From an uncultured bacterium (GTDB lineage Bacteria; UBA8481), in the NCBI GenBank assembly GCA_964499705.1, contig CAZCME010000007.1:186001-223856 (forward strand): a DNA stretch of 37,856 nt, in the 5' to 3' direction. Positions 9,591 through 16,767 of the stretch are shown here, piece after piece. A model generated the notes under the pieces. The model did no database searches. It was given only the letters and a program-made list of their open reading frames with translations, and was not told where the DNA came from. Each line of letters starts with the position of its first letter. Position 1 is the stretch's first letter. The position numbers and the translations under genes were made by a program.

Positions 9591-11093
9591 ATGGGCGGCG
9601 CCTTCGGCAGATACTCCTTGATCTTCTTCCTCGCCCTGTCGGTCAGGCTCCTTTCATGGAATAGCGTCTTCCCGGGCGACGAAACGGTCTGGGTCGGAGG
9701 ACCGGATGCGTACTATCATGCGAGGAGGGCGGAACTTGCGGCGGCGGGTGCTCCGCTGTCGAATGACCTCTGGTTGAATTACCCTCAAGGGGAAACTCTC
9801 CATTGGCCCGCTGTCTATGACAGAATGCTCGGCATTGTTCGGAAGATATCATCTTCCCGCGTTGTTGCGTTTTCGCCCGTCCTGTTTGGAGTCCTCGCCA
9901 CACTCGCATTTTCGCTCTTTGCTCAAAGGCTCCTGCCCGATGCCTGGCTGCCCTCTTCCCTGGCATTCGCGATTCTTCCCGCGGTGGTCTATCCCAGCTG
10001 CCTCGGAGCCATCGACCATCATTGCGTGGAGGCGTTACTGGTGTGCACGCTCGCCGCGGCGCTTTCCACGTCGTCCCGTTCTCCCGTTCTTGCCGGCATC
10101 ATCGCTATCTCCTCTTTCGGGATCATTCCCATGTACCCCATATTGCTGGTGCTCCTGGTCGGTTCCTGCATTCTCCCCCGTTGCCGACGCGCATCCGCCG
10201 CGACAAGCGTGCTCCTGTCGGCCGCTCTCGCGATTCCCGTCGCGGGACGCTCCTATTTCGCGGATCCGTGGATCTCCAGGATCAACGAGGCCGAGCCGCT
10301 CATCCGGTCCGAAATCGATTTCTTCAAAGCGATCGTCTGGCTATCGCCCGGTTTTCTCTTTCTACCTTCGGCCTGCGCGCGCTGGTGGCGGGCGCGTTCG
10401 GACATGCCCGCAGCGACGGCACTCGTCGCCACCGCCGTCACATTGCCCCTCGTTCTCATCCAGTCGCGATTCACTCTCTACTTCGCCCTTCCTTGCGCCC
10501 TCGCCCTCGGAGAAACGTGGCGACACGCGAGCCACCTCCCGCGGCGACTTCTTCGCATCCTGGCACTCGCGCTTCTCCTGCCCAGCGCGGGTGGGCTTCA
10601 CGAAATGCTCTCCTGGCGGGAAGATCCTCCGCGGGAACTGCGGCGCGCCATGAGCGAGCTTTCGCGCATCACGGAACCGGCGGGGAATCCGATGGATCCG
10701 GAAGCCAGGCCGGACTATGGCGTCGTTGCCGCGTGGGATCTGGGAAATCAGATTCTCTCGATCGGCGAAAGACCCGTTCTGGCGGATGCCTTCCACACGG
10801 GATCCTCGGGGCGCGACCTGGCTCATCGCATCCTGCTTTCTGCGCCGATCGAAGCGACGCGCGTCGCCGATGAGCAGAATGCGCGCGTGCTTTTCCTGAC
10901 GGATATCGCGTCGAACGGGTACGCGCGCGAATACAGAAATACCGATCAGCCGATTCCCTACCACAGCCTGTTCGGACAGTTGTTTATCCTGCAGCGAACC
11001 GACCTGGGATGGGAGAGGATCCACTCGTCCGATGAGCGGATTGCATTCGAGCTATGGAACGTTCCCGCGGTTCAAATCTGGAGGCGCAAATAA
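9591..11093 (+). CDS. STT3/AglB/PglB-like oligosaccharyltransferase (compact, variant motif)
   Basis: N-terminal DAYYHARR and D.WLNYPQG...HWP, DHH motif, SRINEAEPL (TIxE-like), QSRF, C-terminal YGVVAAWDLGNQI (WWDYG-like) followed by RPVLADAF; multiple TM helices. Confidence 0.8.
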   Translation: MGGAFGRYSLIFFLALSVRLLSWNSVFPGDETVWVGGPDAYYHARRAELAAAGAPLSNDLWLNYPQGETLHWPAVYDRMLGIVRKISSSRVVAFSPVLFGVLATLAFSLFAQRLLPDAWLPSSLAFAILPAVVYPSCLGAIDHHCVEALLVCTLAAALSTSSRSPVLAGIIAISSFGIIPMYPILLVLLVGSCILPRCRRASAATSVLLSAALAIPVAGRSYFADPWISRINEAEPLIRSEIDFFKAIVWLSPGFLFLPSACARWWRARSDMPAATALVATAVTLPLVLIQSRFTLYFALPCALALGETWRHASHLPRRLLRILALALLLPSAGGLHEMLSWREDPPRELRRAMSELSRITEPAGNPMDPEARPDYGVVAAWDLGNQILSIGERPVLADAFHTGSSGRDLAHRILLSAPIEATRVADEQNARVLFLTDIASNGYAREYRNTDQPIPYHSLFGQLFILQRTDLGWERIHSSDERIAFELWNVPAVQIWRRK

Positions 11094-11122
11094 AAACGCC
11101 TGCCAGGCAACCTGGCAGGCGT
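11091..11122 (-). terminator. Rho-independent terminator of the first flp gene
   Basis: Perfect 12-bp stem ACGCCTGCCAGG / CCTGGCAGGCGT (11096-11122) with a 3-nt loop, followed on the minus strand by TTTTATTT; lies between convergent genes. Confidence 0.85.
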
Positions 11123-11139
11123 GAAATCCCGTGGATATC

Positions 11140-11340
11140 TCAGTAAATACCGCCGGAAAGCGCGGCCTGATTCTGCCCCATGGTACCCGTGCCCACGGCA
11201 CCGGCGAACATGTTGCGCAAAGGACCACCAAGAGCGACGAAGACTGCAATGACGATAATCGCAATCAGGCCGATGATGAGCCCGTATTCGACCATTCCCT
11301 GTCCAGCCTCGTCCACGTTGAGTTCTCGCAGATCCACCAT
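11140..11340 (-). CDS. flp: Flp family pilin (copy 1)
   Basis: Prepilin motif G|QGMVEYGLII, hydrophobic helix, 66 aa; SD GGAGGTG 7 nt upstream of the ATG. Confidence 0.93.
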   Translation of the reverse strand: MVDLRELNVDEAGQGMVEYGLIIGLIAIIVIAVFVALGGPLRNMFAGAVGTGTMGQNQAALSGGIY

Positions 11341-11382
11341 TTTTCATCACCTCCCTTGCGGAAAAAGATAAGAAAATAATAT

Positions 11383-11398
11383 AGCAAACGGCCTGCCA
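11383..11398 (-). promoter_or_regulatory. sigma54 (-24/-12) promoter upstream of flp copy 1
   Basis: Minus strand TGGCAGGCCGTTTGCT: GG-N10-GC spacing, close to consensus TGGCAC-N5-TTGCW, 42 nt upstream of the ATG. Confidence 0.7.
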
Positions 11399-11429
11399 CG
11401 ATTCCATATCGGGGAGAGTGAAAAATTGC

Positions 11430-13403
11430 TCATTTCACCTCATAAAGGCTGACATTCGCGGCAGTATCCCTGAGCGCCAGGTTCGTATGTTGAAGCAGGT
11501 ATTTCTCCAGCACGGCCCGATCGCCATAGCGCGGCGGGGAAGGGGCCAGTCCTACAAGGATTTTAACGGCATACCAGTCGGGAGCATGCAGAATATGCGT
11601 ATATCGCTCCTTCTTCATCCAGTGGGCGATATGCGCGACCGCGGCCTCCTCGTCCGTGGTATCCGTTTCATGGATCACGGCGAAAATGCGCGGGAGATCC
11701 GCGTCGAATTCGAAGGATGCATTGCGTCCCAGGTGAAAGAGGCGGGATTCGCCGATGGAGAGAACCTTCGCGTCGGCGGGAAGAAGGCGTGCGGCTTCAT
11801 CCTGGATTTTCCAAGATGAGGACCAGTTTCGCATGTAATCCTCCATCGAGATTCCGCCGCACAGGTAGGCAGGAAACGGCTGGTATCGCATGTGAATGTG
11901 AACGGCCACGCCGAAGGACACCGCCACGGCCAGCGTAAATCCGGTCAGGATGAGCTTTCTCCCGGTGGACTTCTTCAGCGTGGAAATCCAGAAGGACAGA
12001 AAAACGGAACCGCCGATGAGGCACGCGCCCAGTGCGGGAAGCACAAAGCGGAAGAGCCCGCCGCGCGCATACGCGTGGCTTCCTCCACCGGTCACGAACC
12101 AGAGCGCGATCGAGGTCGATGTGAGGAAGGAGAGAATTCTCAGGGAGACGCCGCCGGCGCGTGCTGCGGGAAAGCGCCAGGCCAGGATCGCTGACATCGT
12201 GAGAACGGCGAACGCCGCTCCGTACGGTCCGTCAATCCCCTGGTCGATGAAGAGAAAGTACGACGCGAACACCCGCAGCAGCCGCTCCACGACCGGCGCG
12301 GCGATCGAACCCGCCGCGCTGGCCATCACGTGGCCGGATTGCGGCATGATCGTGCCGAACTGAAGGATATTTCTGATCCACCAGTAACTCGGCATCAGGA
12401 GAAGCAACACACAACAGGAGAACCAGACCGATTTTTGCCGGCGAGTCCGCCACGCGAGAACCAGGACGGCAGGGAGGACTCCATAGACTGCCGTCACCTT
12501 GACCGCCAGGCTGGAACCCAGGAAAAAGGCGGCTCGCCATGGAGAGAAGGAGGCGGGCAGGATCCTGCGGATACCGAGCATGAAGAGCAGGAGTGTGAGC
12601 GCCTCCGTCTTCGTATGCGATATCGTGAAGAGCAGAATCGCGCTCGTGGATGTCACCCCGTAAACCATCATGCGCGTCCTGCCACAAATTTCCTCCCGGT
12701 CTTCATGCGCGCCGGCCACTTCCCCGGCCAGTTCGCCCGCCGCGCGGGCGCCTGTCATGACGGCGAACGGGAGGCTCAACCCGAAGAGTATATTCGCGGC
12801 GATCCCCGACGGATCAAGCGCCAGCGTCATGAGCGCCAGCATCTCGCCGGCCTGTGTGTACTGGTAATAATGGACAGCGTCCGGAGGGGTCAGGGAGGCA
12901 CGCGCCAGATACTGCACGCCCAGCCCTATGTGATACGTCAGAGCGTCCATGCCGGCCGGTGGTGCCAGCGTTGAGAGGAACGCCCAGGACAGTCCAGCAC
13001 TCCCCAAAAGCAGCATCGCGATCCCGAACGGGCCGCAGCGAGATACGGATATCCAGACCTTCGAGGGCAGGTGGCGAAGGTTCACAAATGTCATTTCCCC
13101 GGGACCCCAGATCGCCATGGCGAATACCGGGATCGCCAGGAACGGTGCCCTCAATCCTCCGACGAGATGAAGCACGACCGGCCAGAGCGAGAGAATCATG
13201 CAGCCGAACGCGAAATTCTCTTCAGGCAAGCCGTGATGGAACCAGCTTCCGATCCGGAACGCTGCGATTGTCACGAGGAGCGCCATCATGAGCGGATAAA
13301 GCCAGCCGGGAACACTGGTGAGCGAATCGAGGAGAGTGAGAAGGGAACCAACGAATAGAGTGGAGGCCATGATCAGGCCGATGAGTCGAGGTCGCTCTGG
13401 CAT
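11430..13403 (-). CDS. Multi-pass membrane protein, probable GT-C fold glycosyltransferase
   Basis: 657 aa, many TM helices, PPAGMDALTYH loop (DxxxYH as in ArnT/PMT-like proteins), LAVKVTA, PSYWWIRN, RFVLP, soluble C-terminal domain (LPADAKVLSIGESRLFHL). Confidence 0.7.
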   Translation of the reverse strand: MPERPRLIGLIMASTLFVGSLLTLLDSLTSVPGWLYPLMMALLVTIAAFRIGSWFHHGLPEENFAFGCMILSLWPVVLHLVGGLRAPFLAIPVFAMAIWGPGEMTFVNLRHLPSKVWISVSRCGPFGIAMLLLGSAGLSWAFLSTLAPPAGMDALTYHIGLGVQYLARASLTPPDAVHYYQYTQAGEMLALMTLALDPSGIAANILFGLSLPFAVMTGARAAGELAGEVAGAHEDREEICGRTRMMVYGVTSTSAILLFTISHTKTEALTLLLFMLGIRRILPASFSPWRAAFFLGSSLAVKVTAVYGVLPAVLVLAWRTRRQKSVWFSCCVLLLLMPSYWWIRNILQFGTIMPQSGHVMASAAGSIAAPVVERLLRVFASYFLFIDQGIDGPYGAAFAVLTMSAILAWRFPAARAGGVSLRILSFLTSTSIALWFVTGGGSHAYARGGLFRFVLPALGACLIGGSVFLSFWISTLKKSTGRKLILTGFTLAVAVSFGVAVHIHMRYQPFPAYLCGGISMEDYMRNWSSSWKIQDEAARLLPADAKVLSIGESRLFHLGRNASFEFDADLPRIFAVIHETDTTDEEAAVAHIAHWMKKERYTHILHAPDWYAVKILVGLAPSPPRYGDRAVLEKYLLQHTNLALRDTAANVSLYEVK

Positions 13404-13432
13404 CGCCGGTCGAGCATAAGATCGGCGGGGTT

Positions 13433-13470
13433 AAAACACAATGCCCCGCCCCGCTTGCGCGGGACGGGGC
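13433..13470 (-). terminator. Rho-independent terminator of flp copy 2
   Basis: Minus strand GCCCCGTCCCGC-GCAA-GCGGGGCGGGGC (12-bp stem with one G-U pair, GNRA loop), then ATTGTGTTTT. Confidence 0.75.
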
Positions 13471-13513
13471 GGGTTCAATTGTTCAAAGTTGGGCTAAAAG
13501 CGTGTGAACGCTC

Positions 13514-13711
13514 TTAGTAGATGCCCCCTGAAAGAGCTGCCTGGTTCTGGCCCATTGTGCCGGTTCCCACAGCGCCCGAGAACATGTTCCGGAGCGGTCC
13601 TCCAAGAGCAACGAAGACTGCGATGACGATGATGGCGATCAGGCCGATGATCAGGCCGTACTCGACCATTCCTTGTCCGGATTCTGCATTTAACTCGCGA
13701 ATGTCGATCAC
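13514..13711 (-). CDS. flp: Flp family pilin (copy 2)
   Basis: G|QGMVEYGLII motif; GTG start with SD GGAGGTG; mature part 52/53 aa identical to copy 1. Confidence 0.93.
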   Translation of the reverse strand: MIDIRELNAESGQGMVEYGLIIGLIAIIVIAVFVALGGPLRNMFSGAVGTGTMGQNQAALSGGIY

Positions 13712-13804
13712 TTTAATATCACCTCCCTTCGATAAAATCCTTCAAACAGTATCGAAATTTCAATCTAAAAACTGCATACCTATTTTATGATTCGAAGCGT
13801 AAAT

Positions 13805-14020
13805 CTAGAAAATACCGGCTGACAATGACGCCTGGTGCCTCCCGATACCCTCATCCGACAAAGTTCCGCTCGAATCGCCGCCGATATCGACGACGTTGTT
13901 GAAGACTACGAAGACGGTGACAATGAGAACGGCGATCAGGCCCACAATCAGCCCGTACTCGACCATCCCTTGGCCTCGCCTGCTCGCCAAATTCCAACGA
14001 ATCATCAGTGATCTTGTCAT
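13805..14020 (-). CDS. flp: Flp family pilin (divergent copy 3)
   Basis: RRG|QGMVEYGLIVGLIAV motif; C-terminus QASLSAGIF resembles QAALSGGIY of copies 1 and 2; TATAAT ends 8 nt upstream of the ATG. Confidence 0.85.
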   Translation of the reverse strand: MTRSLMIRWNLASRRGQGMVEYGLIVGLIAVLIVTVFVVFNNVVDIGGDSSGTLSDEGIGRHQASLSAGIF

Positions 14021-14061
14021 GGTTGCACATTATATGTCAATGCTTGCTCTTGGTATTTTTT

Positions 14062-14090
14062 TTGACATTCTCGACTTCCGAGAATATTCT
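14062..14090 (+). promoter_or_regulatory. sigma70 promoter with palindromic spacer
   Basis: TTGACA-17 nt-TATTCT; the spacer is ATTCTCG-N5-CGAGAAT; 11 nt before ATG 14102. Confidence 0.6.
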
Positions 14091-14101
14091 TACGTCCTTC
14101 G

Positions 14102-14614
14102 ATGCGTAACTTCCCTATTTGCATGCTGTTTTTGTCCTTCTTTCTCATTTCGTGTGGTCAATCGGCCCCTCCTGGACGTAGCACTGTCGCTGATTCTACC
14201 TCAGTCGGGGCAAATTCCGACAAGATTCCGCTGAAACCGGAGCCCGGAGTGATCGAGGGACGCATTATTAACGCCGACTCGGGTTCGTTATGGAAGATCG
14301 CAATCATCGAATTTCGAGCCGAGGATCCGGAAATCCAGTCGATCATGGCCGCCATGCCCGACAGCCGGGGAGTCTTTGCCGTCTCATTGCCGCCCCTGCC
14401 GTACGAAATCCCTTTCGCAGTCGTCGGTTTCGAGGATGAAAACGGTAACGACCAGATCGATCAAGGGGAGGATTTCGTCGGTAGCCGGTCGATCGGAGCC
14501 GGATATTCCGGCAAAGGAATGTTTCTCCTGACGGAAGCGGGATCTTTCGTCGGCGATCGATCCTGGGATCTCACGGAAGTCGAATTCGTCATCGATGTGA
14601 ATGCGCTCCCCTGA
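14102..14614 (+). CDS. Hypothetical lipoprotein with a DxNxDx-type Ca-binding loop
   Basis: Lipobox LISC (Cys18); DENGNDQIDQGE resembles a Dx[DN]xDG calcium loop. Confidence 0.65.
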   Translation: MRNFPICMLFLSFFLISCGQSAPPGRSTVADSTSVGANSDKIPLKPEPGVIEGRIINADSGSLWKIAIIEFRAEDPEIQSIMAAMPDSRGVFAVSLPPLPYEIPFAVVGFEDENGNDQIDQGEDFVGSRSIGAGYSGKGMFLLTEAGSFVGDRSWDLTEVEFVIDVNALP

Positions 14615-15647
14615 CGCGCGCGGCAAATCCGGATCCCTGCCGCGCGCCCTCCTGACCTGGTTTCTCGTCTTCCTCGCCTTGGAACTCGGAGTCCGCTTTC
14701 AGGAAATCGCCAAAAGCGGGCCGTCGGGATTCTGGTTGAGTTCCCCCGAAGCTCATCACGCCAATGTCCCTTCGGATAATTCTTCTCTCTCTTTTCTTCT
14801 CGCGCCGGAAATCGATCGTTCGGGAGGCCACGGATCCGAATCCGCTCCGCTGAAAATTCTCTGCATCGGCAATTCCAACATCTGGGGGCACCTGACCGAT
14901 GAGGACGCCACGCTGCCGTATCAGCTCTGGAAAAAGCTGAAGGACTCCGGAGTGGAAGCCTGGGTCGTCAACGCCGGCGTGCCCGGCCACACGGCGGAAA
15001 ATATCCGCGCTCATCTCGAGCTCGAACTCGCGCGCGCGAAATATGATCTCGTTCTCTTCACCGCCGGGTGGAACGATCTGCACGCCGCCGCCGCAGCCCC
15101 CTCCCGCGTCCTTGCTCATGCGGCCCCGGGACCGCCTTCAGGCCCCTTCGGCCGCATCGGGCTCTTTCGTCTCGCGGATGCCGCCCTGGAACATATCATG
15201 CCGTTCGCAGTGCCTCCCGACACCTGGAACGCGGCGCGCCTCGATTCCATGATGCCTGAGGTCCGCAGGATCATAAAGCTGGCCCGGAAGAGCGGAGCCT
15301 CCGTCTATGCCATGGATCTTCCCTCGGGGCTCTCCGACGACTCGGGCATCGCGGAAGTCCGCGCCGTGGAAAAGGTCGTCTATCCTCCCGTGCGCCGGTT
15401 TTCGCCGCGCGGCTATCGGCGCCTCTTCGGGGAACTCCTGAAGCGCTATCGATCCGTGATCGCGGAACAGAATGTCCCCCTCCTCTCCTTCGGTCTCGAA
15501 TATGAAGTCCCCTGGGAAGAAAAGAAATTTTTCGTCCTCGATCAATGCCATCCCACGCCGCGCGGCAACCGGCTCATCGCCGACAAGCTCATCGCCCGCC
15601 TTCTCGCCGACGGATTAATACGGGGACAGTATACTATTATTCGATGA
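14601..15647 (+). CDS. Membrane-anchored SGNH/GDSL family protein
   Basis: N-terminal TM (LALELGVR); blocks IGNSNIWG, VNAGVPG, GWNDL, DQCHPTPRGN. Confidence 0.85.
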   Translation: MRSPDARGKSGSLPRALLTWFLVFLALELGVRFQEIAKSGPSGFWLSSPEAHHANVPSDNSSLSFLLAPEIDRSGGHGSESAPLKILCIGNSNIWGHLTDEDATLPYQLWKKLKDSGVEAWVVNAGVPGHTAENIRAHLELELARAKYDLVLFTAGWNDLHAAAAAPSRVLAHAAPGPPSGPFGRIGLFRLADAALEHIMPFAVPPDTWNAARLDSMMPEVRRIIKLARKSGASVYAMDLPSGLSDDSGIAEVRAVEKVVYPPVRRFSPRGYRRLFGELLKRYRSVIAEQNVPLLSFGLEYEVPWEEKKFFVLDQCHPTPRGNRLIADKLIARLLADGLIRGQYTIIR

Positions 15648-15855
15648 GCCGGATCTTTCCCAGCATGTGTTTTGCCTTCGCAGTGGCCTCCTCGACAGCC
15701 TCATCCATGGTGGCCGCCCTGGCCCGCGCGAGCGTGGCTCCGGGATCGACGTTATCGACCGTGCAGATGTATTCCTCGCCCAGCTTGTATGTCGTCACAC
15801 GGAATTGCCACTCCCCGCATCGCTCGATCCGCGCCGCGTAGCCTTCCGCTTTCAA
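15637..15855 (-). CDS. Small hypothetical protein translationally coupled to the sulfurtransferase
   Basis: TTG at 15855 overlaps the upstream TGA (TTGA); 72 aa with a plausible beta-beta-beta-alpha pattern; fills the gap to the convergent SGNH gene. Confidence 0.65.
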   Translation of the reverse strand: MKAEGYAARIERCGEWQFRVTTYKLGEEYICTVDNVDPGATLARARAATMDEAVEEATAKAKHMLGKIRLIE

Positions 15856-16709
15856 ATGGCGTGTGCTCCGCGCTCGACCGGAGCATTGACGAGGTTGCCC
15901 CACTCCGTCCAGGAACCGTCATAGTTCATCACCTTGTCATGCCCCAGCAGAAACTTCAGAACGACCCATGACAGGCTCGATCGCTCCCCGATCCTGCAAT
16001 ACGTCACGACGCCCTTGTCCGGCGTAAGCCCCAGCGGATGGTAAAGTGCTTCCAGTTCGTCTGCCGTCTTGAACGTCCCATCCTCATTCACATTCTTGCC
16101 CCACGGCACGCTGAAGGCGCCGGGAATATGTCCTCCCCTCTGGCATGTCTCCGGCAAGCCCGGCGGACAGAGAATCTTTCCGGAGAATTCATCCGGGGAA
16201 CGAACATCCACAAGCGCCCACGGTCCGTCCGCGCGGACGATATCCATCACCTGCGGCAAAAAGGCCCGCATCGATGCGTCCGGCACCATCGCCTTGTAGA
16301 GCGTCGGCTTGAAAGACGGCATCTGCGCCGTCAGAACCCGGCCTTCCGACAGCCACTTCTTCCGCCCGCCGTTCATGAGCCGGAGATTGGAGTGGCCATA
16401 CATCCTCAGTTGCCAGAAGGCCCAGCACGCGAACCAGTTGTTGTTGTCTCCGTACAGGACGATCGTCGTCTCCGGGGTGATCCCCGTTTCTCCCAGGAGT
16501 TTCTCCAGATCGGCCTTCGGAATGACATCCCGGCGGACGGTGTCGCAGAGCTGGCTCTGCCAGTTCCATCCGACGGCGTTCTCGACATGCGCCTCCTCGT
16601 AGGCCTTCGTGTCGACATCGACCTCGACGACGCGAATCTTCGGATCTCCCGCATGCGCCTCGACCCATTCGGTCGAAACAAGAATTTCCGGATGAGCATA
16701 TTCAGACAT
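15852..16709 (-). CDS. Two-domain rhodanese / thiosulfate sulfurtransferase (CysA/SseA/TtuD type)
   Basis: LVSTEWV, LMNGGRKKW, DVRSPDEFSG, GHIPGA, active-site loop YCRIGERSS, NYDGSWTEWGN; start at ATG 16709 after SD GGAGGT. Confidence 0.95.
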   Translation of the reverse strand: MSEYAHPEILVSTEWVEAHAGDPKIRVVEVDVDTKAYEEAHVENAVGWNWQSQLCDTVRRDVIPKADLEKLLGETGITPETTIVLYGDNNNWFACWAFWQLRMYGHSNLRLMNGGRKKWLSEGRVLTAQMPSFKPTLYKAMVPDASMRAFLPQVMDIVRADGPWALVDVRSPDEFSGKILCPPGLPETCQRGGHIPGAFSVPWGKNVNEDGTFKTADELEALYHPLGLTPDKGVVTYCRIGERSSLSWVVLKFLLGHDKVMNYDGSWTEWGNLVNAPVERGAHAI

Positions 16710-16767
16710 GGCCCCTACCTCCCTCAGCTTGCACATTCCTGAGTATAATCCGAAGAGAAAAGAAAAA

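Noticed and set aside
11140-14020. Small ORFs as RiPP or bacteriocin precursors
   Set aside because: They carry the exact Flp prepilin motif (G|xxxxEY plus hydrophobic helix), and no RiPP maturase or transporter is present.
14029-14040. Minus-strand TTGACATATAAT (perfect -35 and -10 hexamers)
   Set aside because: The hexamers abut with no spacer, so they cannot form one promoter; only the -10 was used.
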